From NCBI GenBank assembly GCA_042577965.1, contig JBHPDK010000001.1, forward strand, positions 17,537 to 81,536: a DNA stretch of 64,000 bases. The letters are read 5' to 3'. The translations under genes and the position numbers were made by a program. The DNA comes from Patescibacteria group bacterium (GTDB taxonomy: Bacteria > Patescibacteriota > Gracilibacteria > UBA1369 > PNNO01). The notes beneath the pieces were generated by a model, which saw only the letters and a program-made list of their open reading frames with translations, searched no databases and was not told the DNA's origin. Shown here piece by piece: positions 37,860 through 47,832 of the stretch (the first letter of the stretch is position 1; every line of letters starts with the position of its first letter).

Positions 37860-37920
37860 CAGAGACGCGACTAAAAGGAGCGGCTCTTTTGGAGTGAGCG
37901 TCAGCGAACGAAGCGGAAAC
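37860..37920 (+). repeat. GC-rich hairpin element, tRNA-Val 3' flank
   Basis: CAGAGACGCGACTAAAAGGAGCGGCTCTTTTGGAGTGAGCGTCAGCGAACGAAGCGGAAAC. Shares AGAGACG, AGTGAG and GAACGAAGCGGAAA with other copies. Confidence 0.7.
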
Positions 37921-37922
37921 TA

Positions 37923-39554
37923 CTAGGCTATCTCCTTCTCCTGAATCTGATATTTCTCAGGAACAGGCGAAAGTAATGATTTTTTTGTATCCTGTGTGGC
38001 TCGAAAAGATAATCTCCATGGAAAAATAAACTTTTCAGCTCTTTCTTCGAGTCTAACTTTCCAGTGTTTATCAGGTAATGGAAGCTGTTTTTGCTTGAGT
38101 ATGGCAAGTTCACGGGCCTGAATATTATATGGACGCTTTGTTTTCTTACATAATAAAAATTTACCTTTCAAATCATCGCTTTTAACATCCATGCTTATCA
38201 TTGAACCATTATAAATAAGATCCGGAGCATATTCATTTTCAGCGCTCTTATCCATCCATTCAAATCCTAATTTTTCAGCTAATTCCTGATCCACATAAAA
38301 ATATTCATGCGCCATGGAGTTATTTAAAGCATGAGGGCTACAATATGGAGGAAAAAACTGGCCCCATTCTCCCCTTTTCTTCATATCTTCGATTATTTGT
38401 TCAACTAAAATTTTATAATCTTTTTCGCAGTATTGTTTATTTAAAATGCAGAATTTTTTTCTTTTAAGACCAATGCATCCAAAACAGTGTTCACAGCCTG
38501 GGCAACTATCACAATAAGTTAAATATCTGCAATTATTCCAGCAGTCAAAACACATCCGAATATAATAAACATTATAGCCGCAACTATTTGAGTGGTAGCA
38601 AAGCTCCCCAGGATCACCCCAAAGATCAAAATCCAGACAATTTTTACATTTTCTTAAGCTGGAACTGTTCATGCAATCCTGACTATATTCAACAATATAA
38701 GAATTAAGGCAATTTTGAGAAAAGCTAACATCACTACCAGTACAATTTTCGCAGCCCACAATATTGGAATATTTATGGATGTATGATTCTCTTAGTTTTT
38801 CTAATTGCTCATAACAATGCTCAATAGTTTCATTAGTAAGCGGCTGAAGTTCTTTAATTCTCTTTTCATATTCTTCTTTAGTTAACTGTTCATTCAAAAC
38901 ACAATACTGCTTGCCAACAAGGCCCGTACACATAAAACAATTTTTGCATCTGCGGCAGTCATATAAAAACTGGCTGTCAGTACAATTAGTGCAATAAGCA
39001 CTAAAATCAAGATTATAACAGGTGCGACAACTAACAATCTGATAACATAAAGTACATTCATGAGCTATGCTCATATCCATGCATGTTTTTGAACGTTCAG
39101 TATTAATTGAATAGAGACAATCCTCGTTATCACCAGAAGCAAAAATCATATAGCAATCCTTACAATGATTGGAACAATTAACATATGGTGAATTCTCCAT
39201 AGTACTATCACATGCGATGCTCATACGCGGAACCTGAAGTTGCAATTTTCTAAATTGTTTAAAGAACGATTCATCAGGATTATATTCTGCCTCTGGCACA
39301 TCAAATTCCTCTTTCCACCAAAGATCATGCCTATAAACCTTAAATGGCGACTCTTGTGGAAACTGGCTAATAATCTTTTCACCTGTCATGTCACACTTTC
39401 GCCAAAAAACATTAATTTCATTTCTAAAAGCATAATGAAAAAAACGAGTCTGCTCAGGAGTTTGACCATGCAGAGGCACATCAAACTTCTTATGCAAATC
39501 TAAATAAGCGAAGTCATATTCCGGTTTTGCGTTTAAATCAATTTTTAAGCGCAT
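37923..39554 (-). CDS. 543-aa cysteine-rich protein with two tandem Cys-repeat modules, no signal peptide
   Basis: 39 Cys by my count. Two blocks of closely spaced C-x2-C / C-x-x-x-C units. Each block ends in G-L-x-x-K-x-(Y/F)-C-(V/I)-L-N-x-Q...(E/K)(E/D)Y. Confidence 0.8.
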   Translation of the reverse strand: MRLKIDLNAKPEYDFAYLDLHKKFDVPLHGQTPEQTRFFHYAFRNEINVFWRKCDMTGEKIISQFPQESPFKVYRHDLWWKEEFDVPEAEYNPDESFFKQFRKLQLQVPRMSIACDSTMENSPYVNCSNHCKDCYMIFASGDNEDCLYSINTERSKTCMDMSIAHECTLCYQIVSCRTCYNLDFSAYCTNCTDSQFLYDCRRCKNCFMCTGLVGKQYCVLNEQLTKEEYEKRIKELQPLTNETIEHCYEQLEKLRESYIHKYSNIVGCENCTGSDVSFSQNCLNSYIVEYSQDCMNSSSLRKCKNCLDFDLWGDPGELCYHSNSCGYNVYYIRMCFDCWNNCRYLTYCDSCPGCEHCFGCIGLKRKKFCILNKQYCEKDYKILVEQIIEDMKKRGEWGQFFPPYCSPHALNNSMAHEYFYVDQELAEKLGFEWMDKSAENEYAPDLIYNGSMISMDVKSDDLKGKFLLCKKTKRPYNIQARELAILKQKQLPLPDKHWKVRLEERAEKFIFPWRLSFRATQDTKKSLLSPVPEKYQIQEKEIA

Positions 39555-39564
39555 AATTTATAAA

Positions 39565-40329
39565 TTACAGCACAATCGCAAACCTAACTCCAATATTCGC
39601 ATAATAAGTTGCAGGATCATGATCAAGCACACATGAAAGCCCTCCTAATGGTGCGTGGCCAACAGTTAACTGATTTTTAGTTCCAACAAGCCCTGTGCTG
39701 GTCCATTCGTAAGTTTCAGTTTCACCGTTGTATGGGAAAAATACAGTATCAATAAAGTTTGTAGCAGGTCTTACTACTACTTTTCCTGGCAACCCGGCTT
39801 TTTTTATTTCTTTTTGCAAAGCAGCAATTACATATTCATTAATATTATTATATGACCATGCATATCTGGTTTTGCCTGATGACAATTCAAGCTCTAAATC
39901 GTCTTTTGCTTCAATAAATTCATAAGATTCTAAAAATTCTTTTTCATTTTTATCTAAACCCTGCTGTTCGCCTTTTTTACTACCATATAATTGAATTTCA
40001 TTTAAAAAATCAGGTTTTTGAAGCAATTCATATAAAATAAATCTTCCTCCATAATTTTTATGATCTTTAGTAATAGAATCTTTATATTCAGGCTTCCAGA
40101 ATTTGTTTTTATTCGGATACATTTTTTCAAAATACGAATCATCCAAAGGCAAGTCTTTCAGGGCTGGAATAGCAACAAGTTCAAATCCAAATTGTTCTTT
40201 AAATATATTTAATTGATCTAAAGTAATTTTAGGCTCCTGAAAACTGCAATTAAAATCTTTTTGAAAAATTTCTTTTAGTTTTGTGTTTATTAATGCTTTT
40301 TTCTCATTAGTAGCTTCAGCTATACTCAT
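39565..40329 (-). CDS. hypothetical protein (254 aa), upstream partner of the Cys-rich protein
   Basis: ORF ending 10 nt before the start of the 543-aa ORF. Confidence 0.65.
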   Translation of the reverse strand: MSIAEATNEKKALINTKLKEIFQKDFNCSFQEPKITLDQLNIFKEQFGFELVAIPALKDLPLDDSYFEKMYPNKNKFWKPEYKDSITKDHKNYGGRFILYELLQKPDFLNEIQLYGSKKGEQQGLDKNEKEFLESYEFIEAKDDLELELSSGKTRYAWSYNNINEYVIAALQKEIKKAGLPGKVVVRPATNFIDTVFFPYNGETETYEWTSTGLVGTKNQLTVGHAPLGGLSCVLDHDPATYYANIGVRFAIVL

Positions 40330-40449
40330 ATTTAAAAATTAATTCTATTACCTTGTATTTATAACATATATGCTTAAAAACCAGTAGTTTTTTTAACGAA
40401 TATTAACTATAATAATCTTTGGTAACTATTTATCTTTAACTTAAATAAA

Positions 40450-41847
40450 ATGAAGAAATTTCTCGCATCACTTGCAGTGCTCTCAATCATATTTACTTTT
40501 ACAGCCTGTACATCAAATATAACCAAATCCAAAAATTACGAAACTCACAATTTAAAATATCTTGTTAATTTAACTCATGCAGAAGGTGATAAAACGCTAC
40601 TTGTTGAAGATTTAAAAGCATCTCTTACAAACAGATTAAATAAATTTGAAGTTGCTCAAGTAGAAATAACAGAAGTAGATGAAGGTGATCTAAAATATCT
40701 TTTAGTTAAATTTGGAACAATTGATGATGTTGTTGAAATTAAAAAGCGGCTCTCGCAAAATTCCACATTTTCAATTAAAAAGAAGATAACAGATGAGTCT
40801 GATTATGAAACAGAATTAAAAGAAAAAGCGCAAAATAATCTGGATTCTATTTTAGGAGGTGAAAATTTTGAACTGGCTGCACAAAATGAAGTATTGGAAG
40901 ATCCAGAAAGAGTTTTTTATTCAATTTCTGACTGGATGTACAAAGATGAAATAAAAGATGTTTTTGCAGATGTTCTATTTGATTTGGAGCAAAACCAGGT
41001 TCATTCAAGCCTTATTGAATACAATGAAAGACCATTTGCTCTTGCTAATCCAATTAAAATTGCAAGTATTGCAAAGCTTTTTGATAAAGAAGATGTTGAA
41101 CAAACTATTAGCCATACAAAATCAGTTACTGTAAGCCACATTTTAATAAGTTACAAAGGTGTTGCAGGAATGAGTGAATCAATTTCACGCACAAAAGAAG
41201 AAGCAGAAACTCTTGCCAATGAAATATTAGACAGATTAAATAATGGTGAAAATTTTTCTAAACTTGCATTAGATTATTCTGATGATTCTACAAATAGTTC
41301 AACTGGTGGTGCACTTGTCGGTCCGGCAGGAGAAGGTAAATATGTTGAACAATTTGAAAACGCTGCACTTGCCTTAAATGAAGTTGATGAATTAAGCTCC
41401 GTAACTGAATCGCCTTTTGGATTCCATATTATTCAAGCACGCGAAGTTGCGCAGGCTTATGAAGAAACCAATGAAACAATGCAGGCTAAATTTGGTGTTA
41501 TTTTTTATGCACTTAGGCCTGTGGAATGGGCATTAACTGATTTAGAAGGTGAATTTATTACAAGTGTGGATATTATATTTGATAATGAATATGATCCTTT
41601 TTTGGTTTTAAAACTTAATGATGAAGGCAGAAGACTTTTAAAAGAACTAAGCGGTACTAATGGGGACATTTTAGGAATTTTTTCAGGAGATGAATTAATT
41701 ACAAGTTTTACAGTTAAAGAAATACTTGAAAATGGAGAATTTAAAATCTTAAGTCCAAACAACACAGAAGAAGCAGATAATATCCAAGAAAAATTATTAC
41801 TAAAACCTTTACCAGTTCCAATAATTTTTATTGAAGAGTTAGCTTAA
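40450..41847 (+). CDS. PrsA/SurA-like parvulin peptidyl-prolyl isomerase, probable lipoprotein
   Basis: Signal sequence ending FTFTAC. Parvulin block VSHILISYKG...GGALVGPAGEGKYVEQFENAA...SPFGFHIIQ. Confidence 0.8.
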   Translation: MKKFLASLAVLSIIFTFTACTSNITKSKNYETHNLKYLVNLTHAEGDKTLLVEDLKASLTNRLNKFEVAQVEITEVDEGDLKYLLVKFGTIDDVVEIKKRLSQNSTFSIKKKITDESDYETELKEKAQNNLDSILGGENFELAAQNEVLEDPERVFYSISDWMYKDEIKDVFADVLFDLEQNQVHSSLIEYNERPFALANPIKIASIAKLFDKEDVEQTISHTKSVTVSHILISYKGVAGMSESISRTKEEAETLANEILDRLNNGENFSKLALDYSDDSTNSSTGGALVGPAGEGKYVEQFENAALALNEVDELSSVTESPFGFHIIQAREVAQAYEETNETMQAKFGVIFYALRPVEWALTDLEGEFITSVDIIFDNEYDPFLVLKLNDEGRRLLKELSGTNGDILGIFSGDELITSFTVKEILENGEFKILSPNNTEEADNIQEKLLLKPLPVPIIFIEELA

Positions 41848-42685
41848 AAGACTCAAGTGCTTCGTTTAGAGCTTTTGAAGGGATTACATAGCTTGTCCCC
41901 TGCTCTATTGTATCAAAATCCAAAGTTAAGCCAACAAGCTCGCCACCTAAATTAACAAGAGGCCCACAACTTAAATTACTGTCGATTTCATAATCAATTG
42001 AAATAAATTCAGAAGGGAATGTTCTTAAATATTCACGCACTTCTGTTAATTCAGGGACAAAGGAAACAATTCCTGATTTAGCTTTATTAAAAGAACCAAG
42101 TGATAAAACTCTCTGGCCGGTTTTAACTGGTTTTTCATTAAAACTTAAAGTATTAAAATAATTAAATTCATCATCAGTCTGAATTCTTAATAAGGCAATA
42201 TCATCAAGGGTATCTCTATAAACAACCTGAGCATTTAAAGCTGTTCCGTCATCCATAATTGCAAACCAGGAATTTCTGTTTTGAACAAATGAATTGCAGG
42301 TTGCAAGTATTCCGTCTGTTGTTAATAAAACTCCTGAACCAGCAAGACTTTGATTATTTTTTACAGATTTCTGCGGGCTGTATCCCAAATAAAACAAATC
42401 ACTGTTTATTGGTTTAAAGTCTATAGCTGCCTGTTTTGTATCTGAAATCATTATTAATGAACCTGATGCATTTTCAATTGCTTCAAGTGTTGATGATTCT
42501 TCAACATATATTTTCTCTTCAATAACTTTTTTAACAATTGGGAATTCTTCTTCCTGCTTTTCTGTAAGCTGGCCGAAAAGATACGCAATTAAATATTCGT
42601 TTGTTAATGCGCCTCCAACAAGCCCGGTTATCAAACCAATTGTAGCAGTTAAAACAATAATTTTAGTCCAGGGGATTTTTTTCAT
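41828..42685 (-). CDS. HtrA/trypsin-like (S1C) domain protein, TM-anchored, no PDZ domain
   Basis: GSGVLLTTDGILATCNSFV, DDIALLRI and NLSCGPLVNLGGELVGL align to the DegP His, Asp and Ser boxes. The His position reads Ser. Confidence 0.7.
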   Translation of the reverse strand: MKKIPWTKIIVLTATIGLITGLVGGALTNEYLIAYLFGQLTEKQEEEFPIVKKVIEEKIYVEESSTLEAIENASGSLIMISDTKQAAIDFKPINSDLFYLGYSPQKSVKNNQSLAGSGVLLTTDGILATCNSFVQNRNSWFAIMDDGTALNAQVVYRDTLDDIALLRIQTDDEFNYFNTLSFNEKPVKTGQRVLSLGSFNKAKSGIVSFVPELTEVREYLRTFPSEFISIDYEIDSNLSCGPLVNLGGELVGLTLDFDTIEQGTSYVIPSKALNEALESFKLTLQ

Positions 42686-42738
42686 AGCGGTTAAGATTTT
42701 AACTTCAAGAAATTGTTAATGCAAGCTATACTCTAATT

Positions 42739-43299
42739 ATGACTAAGGCGGAAATAAGAAAAAGAATAAAAGCAAAGAGAGATAAACTAAAGTTTGAGCA
42801 AAAAAAGAAAATGGATCAAAAAATCTGTGACAAACTCCATAAAAGCAAATATTGGAAGCAGGCCCGGACCATTTTAATTTATGTTTCACATAAAAACGAA
42901 GTAGATACAAATCATTTGATATTAATGTATATAAATGAAAAACATATTATCGTTCCAAAAACAAATCCTAAAAATCATACACTTACTCTGCATAAAATTA
43001 ATTCGCTTGATGATCTTGAAGAAAAAAACTATGGAATTCTGGAACCTAAACCAAAAACCAAAAAAATTAAACCTGATCAAATAGATTTAGCAATTATTCC
43101 AGGTATTGCATTCGACAAAAAAGGCCACAGAATCGGCTTTGGCAAAGCTTATTATGACCGTTTAAATAAAAACCTTAAATGCCCTAAACTTGGGCTTGCA
43201 TATGGATTTCAAATCATTGACAATATCCCTGCGCAGTCACATGATATTCCACTTGATTTGATTCTGACTGAAGAAAAAACCATTAAAATTACAACTTAA
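42739..43299 (+). CDS. 5-formyltetrahydrofolate cyclo-ligase
   Basis: [23 protein letters not shown] motif. 186 aa. Confidence 0.85.
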   Translation: MTKAEIRKRIKAKRDKLKFEQKKKMDQKICDKLHKSKYWKQARTILIYVSHKNEVDTNHLILMYINEKHIIVPKTNPKNHTLTLHKINSLDDLEEKNYGILEPKPKTKKIKPDQIDLAIIPGIAFDKKGHRIGFGKAYYDRLNKNLKCPKLGLAYGFQIIDNIPAQSHDIPLDLILTEEKTIKITT

Positions 43300-43310
43300 A
43301 TCTATTTATT

Positions 43311-44555
43311 ATGAGTGCTCTATCAAAAACCGACCCTAAAGTATACGACATTCTTCAAAAAGAAACAGAAAGGCAAGCACATGGACTTGAACTGATTCCA
43401 TCTGAAAACTATGCTTCTGCAGCTGTTATGGAAGCTACAGGTTCAATTTTCACTAATAAATACTCGGAGGGGTATCCTGGCAAAAGATATTATGGAGGTC
43501 AGGAATATGTTGATATGGTAGAGCAACTTGCAATTGATAGAGCAAAGGAATTATTTGGAGTTGATCATGCGAATGTTCAGCCTTATTCAGGTAGTCCGGC
43601 TAATGCAGCAGTATATTTAGGGCTTCTTGAAATTGGAGACACAATCATGGGTCTTAAACTGGATCATGGAGGGCATATCACACATGGTTTGCCTATTAGT
43701 TATTCAGGCAAAACATTTAATTGTATTGCATATGAAGTTGAAAAAGAAACCGGAAGATTAAATTTGGATGCAATTCGCGAACTCGCAAAAAAACATAAAC
43801 CTAAATTAATTATTACAGGTTATACTGCATATCCACGAGCAATTGATTTTAAAGGATTTAAAGAAATTTGTGACGAAGTAGGAGCAATTGGAATGGCGGA
43901 TATTGCTCATATTGCCGGATTAATTGCTGGAGGCGTACATGAAAGCCCTGTGCCTTATTTTGATGTAATAACAACTACTACACATAAAACTTTAAGAGGG
44001 CCGCGTGGCGCAATGATAATGTGTAAAAAAGAACTTGCTAAAGATATAGACCGCGCGGTGTTCCCTGGCTTTCAGGGCGGCCCGCATGATAATACTACAG
44101 CAGCTAAAGCCGTTGCATTTGGTGAAGCATTAAAACCTGAATTTAAAGATTATTCTGCGCAGATTGTTAATAATGCAAGAGCACTTGCTGCAAAATTAAC
44201 TGAATATGGTTTTGACTTAGTAACAGGAGGAACTGACAATCATTTAATTTTAATAGATTTAACTAACAAAGAAATTCCAGGTAAAGTTGCACAGGAAGCT
44301 TTGGATAAAGCAGGGATGACTCTTAATAAAAACACTGTACCTTTTGATCCACGATCACCATTCGATCCAAGTGGAATCCGTTTAGGAACCCCTGCTCTTA
44401 CAACACGTGGAATGAAAGAAGTAGAAATGCATCAGGTTGCAACATTTATGGCAAAAGCACTTGAAAAATACGAAGATGAAGATCATTTGAAAAAAATTAA
44501 GGGCGAAGTAAAAGATCTTTGCAAAAACTTTCCTGTTCCTGGAATTAAAATTTAA
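43311..44555 (+). CDS. glyA: serine hydroxymethyltransferase
   Basis: LIPSENY and [10 protein letters not shown] (PLP lysine) motifs. Confidence 0.96.
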   Translation: MSALSKTDPKVYDILQKETERQAHGLELIPSENYASAAVMEATGSIFTNKYSEGYPGKRYYGGQEYVDMVEQLAIDRAKELFGVDHANVQPYSGSPANAAVYLGLLEIGDTIMGLKLDHGGHITHGLPISYSGKTFNCIAYEVEKETGRLNLDAIRELAKKHKPKLIITGYTAYPRAIDFKGFKEICDEVGAIGMADIAHIAGLIAGGVHESPVPYFDVITTTTHKTLRGPRGAMIMCKKELAKDIDRAVFPGFQGGPHDNTTAAKAVAFGEALKPEFKDYSAQIVNNARALAAKLTEYGFDLVTGGTDNHLILIDLTNKEIPGKVAQEALDKAGMTLNKNTVPFDPRSPFDPSGIRLGTPALTTRGMKEVEMHQVATFMAKALEKYEDEDHLKKIKGEVKDLCKNFPVPGIKI

Positions 44556-46138
44556 GATGTTCTTTTTATTACAATAATTGTAATATCATCCATCTGCTTA
44601 TAATCTCCTATGAATTCTTTTACATTCTTTAAAATAGAATTTCTTATTTCGCTTGCAGTTGCCAAGTCACCAAACTGCTGTAAGCTGGCTTTAAATCTGT
44701 CCATTCCATAATTTTCTTTTTGAGATTTCCATGCTTCTGGAATTCCATCACTATACAAAACAAGAGTATCCCCTACTTCTAATGGTGCAATCTGCTCTTC
44801 AATCATCTTTGTGATATCCGGAAACATTCCAAGTGCAATTCCTCCTCCTTTTAAAAGCTGAACATCTTTGGTTTTTACATTAAAATGAAGCATTTGTTCA
44901 TGCCCTGCATTAACGTAATTAAGTTGTTTAGCTGTTTTATTCCAATTCAAAAGACATAAAGTAATAAACATATTCGCCGGAGACTTAACTTTAAGTACTT
45001 TATTAACGTCAATTACAACATCCTTAAGATTTGGATTTGCAGTATTACTAAAAAACATTGCATTTGCAATAGATCCGAGTATTCCTGAAGGAACACCGTG
45101 GCCAGTTACATCCCCAACATAAAACATCGTATTTTCTTCATCTCTTTTTAAGAAATCATAAACATCTCCACCAATTTCTTCTGCAGGTACAATCCCTGCA
45201 GAAATATCAAGACCTTCCATTAAAGGAAGCTTTTTAGGGATATTTTGTTCCTGAATCTTTTGCGCTACCTCAAGCTCTTTTGCTACACGTTCTTTATAAA
45301 CAAGGGCTTTGGTGCTCTTATCCAGATCAACTGCCATCTGATTAAATGCATTACCTAAAATTTCAAGCTCATCATGCGTACTAATTTTAATTCTGTGCTG
45401 AAAATCTCCCTGACCAATTATTCCAGCACCTTGAGTTAAAGTCTTAATAGGTTTAGTTATTCTATTAGATACAATAATTATCAAAAACAAACCAATAACA
45501 ACTCCAAGTAATGATAGAATCAAAATTCTGATCGCTCCTTGCTTTATTAATTCATCTAAATTTGCATAATTAACATGATAAGTAACTGCAAACTGATCCT
45601 GTGTCGGGAAAACCAGATATTGAATTCTTTCTAATTCTCCAATAGGTTCAACAGGTTTTTCATTCTCATCCACATATTGAATTTGATTTTCAACTTCCGA
45701 AGCTTCAACCTTTTTAAGAAAAACAAGTCGTCCATCCAAAGTTAAAACCGAAGGATTATGTGCTTTTATCTGTTTAAGTAATGCAGAATCATTAATTACT
45801 CTCGCAGGACCATCATATTGTTTTTCTTTTTCTTCTTCCGAGTCATAAAGAAGCTCAGCATTATAGTCAAAAACCTGTATCAAATCAATATCCTGAGTTC
45901 TTGAAAAATTAGCTGCCATCTCTCTATTAAAATAAATAAAGCCTTTTTGAGCTAAATATAAATTGTAATCATTAATAATATTGTTTGATGTAAGCTCACC
46001 AAATGATCTTGTTTGAAAGAAAATATATGAAGTTAATTCTTTTTGTTGTTCTCTAATCAATAAAAACGCTGCAGCACCAAATAGTCCTATAATTAGGAGT
46101 GTTATTACTGCTATTAATTTCGTTTTAATTGAATACAT
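44552..46138 (-). CDS. membrane sensor with HAMP domain and PP2C/SpoIIE-type phosphatase domain
   Basis: Two TM helices flanking a roughly 180-aa extracytoplasmic region. HAMP ([25 protein letters not shown]...[12 protein letters not shown]). PP2C motifs [18 protein letters not shown] and LYSDGIPE. Confidence 0.85.
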   Translation of the reverse strand: MYSIKTKLIAVITLLIIGLFGAAAFLLIREQQKELTSYIFFQTRSFGELTSNNIINDYNLYLAQKGFIYFNREMAANFSRTQDIDLIQVFDYNAELLYDSEEEKEKQYDGPARVINDSALLKQIKAHNPSVLTLDGRLVFLKKVEASEVENQIQYVDENEKPVEPIGELERIQYLVFPTQDQFAVTYHVNYANLDELIKQGAIRILILSLLGVVIGLFLIIIVSNRITKPIKTLTQGAGIIGQGDFQHRIKISTHDELEILGNAFNQMAVDLDKSTKALVYKERVAKELEVAQKIQEQNIPKKLPLMEGLDISAGIVPAEEIGGDVYDFLKRDEENTMFYVGDVTGHGVPSGILGSIANAMFFSNTANPNLKDVVIDVNKVLKVKSPANMFITLCLLNWNKTAKQLNYVNAGHEQMLHFNVKTKDVQLLKGGGIALGMFPDITKMIEEQIAPLEVGDTLVLYSDGIPEAWKSQKENYGMDRFKASLQQFGDLATASEIRNSILKNVKEFIGDYKQMDDITIIVIKRTS

Positions 46139-46141
46139 ATA

Positions 46142-47683
46142 TTAATTTTTGGTTACTTCACATGCTAATATATATCCATCCAACCTTGGATGAAATTGAA
46201 TACCAATTCTGATTCCATAAACAACTTCAGTTTCAAATAATGGTACACCAATTATTTCTTCTTCAGTAATTATCTGCATAATTTCATGAAACTGAGAAAG
46301 CCTTTTTTCCTGATCAAGATTACGCAAACTTAAATCAATTAACTGATCAACCTTTTTACTGGAAAATGCACCACCATTAAATTTACCCTCAGAATGTACT
46401 ACATTTTCCAAAAATCCTGCTGAATCACCTATTTCACTTCTCCATCCTAATAAATACATTTCTGATTCTTTTTTAAATATCTTCTCTCTTAAATCTTCAA
46501 AAGGAATATAATGAATATTTGTAGTAATTCCAATTTCATTAAATTGCAGTTTTAAAAATTCACCAATTACTTCTGCTCCCAAAACCATATCAATTGAAAC
46601 AGAAGGTCTTTTAAATGGATCATATTCCCGCACAACCTTCTTCGCTTCATTTATATTTTGCTCCTTAGTTTCAATATCAGGATTAAATCCAAAAATCCCA
46701 TTACTTACAAATTGATTTGAAGGAGTTGCATATCCATTTGAAAACTCAACAAACGCCTGTTTATCAAATGCTATTGAAATAGCTTCGCGAATCCTATCAT
46801 CATTAAATAAATCAGAATTAAAATTAAACATTAAGAAATTAACCTCTAAACTCGGTAAAGATAAAACATTAACTGCACCTTGATTCTGCAATTCTTCTGC
46901 GAAAGTAGGTGGAACATTTGCTAAAATTTGAATATCACCGTTTTTAATTGCATCAAGCCGTGAAAACCTATTTTCAATAGTCTGAATAAATACATATTTA
47001 TAATAAGGAAGTCCATTCCAATATTCATCGAATCTTTCTAATGCAAGTTCATTTTCCTGCTCAGCACTATATTTATAAGGAGCTGTTCCAACTGGTTTAT
47101 CAAACTTTGTTTGTTCAGACGGAAATATCAAAACAGTTGCAATTCTGTTTACAAGAATCGGATCAGGTTCTTTTGTATGAAATCTTATTTTTAAATCATC
47201 AATTTTCTCAACTTCTTCAATAGACTGCAGAAGATCTTTTAACTCAGATTTATTATGATTTTTAGCTCTATTAAAGCTTGCAATAATGTCATCAGCTTCA
47301 AAAGTAGAACCATCATGAAACAAAACATCAGGTCTTAAATTAAATTCCCAAATAGTGTCATGCACACGACCCCACGAAAGCGCCAAGCCTGGCTTTATCT
47401 GAAGATTTCTATCAGTTGCAACCAATGATTCATATACATTTAAAATTCTTGATCTTGTTACAGGATTAAACATAACTGGATCAAGACTCTCATAATTAGA
47501 TGCGTAAGCGATTTTCAAGGTCTTATTTGATATTGCAGTTTCATTTTGTACTGCAGGCCAATATTCACTCAAATACTCATTTCTAAAGCTTTCAAATTCT
47601 TTTTGAAAAAACAAATATATAAGCAGGAAGCTTATTAAAGCGAAAAGTCCTATGAAGAATATCAGCTTAAGTAAGATTTTCAT
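46142..47683 (-). CDS. ABC-type substrate-binding protein, family 5, membrane-anchored
   Basis: N-terminal TM anchor and an SBP_bac_5-like sequence. Its stop is 3 nt before the phosphatase start. Confidence 0.82.
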   Translation of the reverse strand: MKILLKLIFFIGLFALISFLLIYLFFQKEFESFRNEYLSEYWPAVQNETAISNKTLKIAYASNYESLDPVMFNPVTRSRILNVYESLVATDRNLQIKPGLALSWGRVHDTIWEFNLRPDVLFHDGSTFEADDIIASFNRAKNHNKSELKDLLQSIEEVEKIDDLKIRFHTKEPDPILVNRIATVLIFPSEQTKFDKPVGTAPYKYSAEQENELALERFDEYWNGLPYYKYVFIQTIENRFSRLDAIKNGDIQILANVPPTFAEELQNQGAVNVLSLPSLEVNFLMFNFNSDLFNDDRIREAISIAFDKQAFVEFSNGYATPSNQFVSNGIFGFNPDIETKEQNINEAKKVVREYDPFKRPSVSIDMVLGAEVIGEFLKLQFNEIGITTNIHYIPFEDLREKIFKKESEMYLLGWRSEIGDSAGFLENVVHSEGKFNGGAFSSKKVDQLIDLSLRNLDQEKRLSQFHEIMQIITEEEIIGVPLFETEVVYGIRIGIQFHPRLDGYILACEVTKN

Positions 47684-47832
47684 TTATTTTTTTATATTTA
47701 TTTCTATCTTATATATTTTACCATAATTGTGCACTACAGGCAATGACTTACCGAGTAACTTTAATTAAAGATTCGCTGACAAAAGCCATTACATACTTAC
47801 CGAGTAAGTCGAATAACTTTTTTACTCACAAA

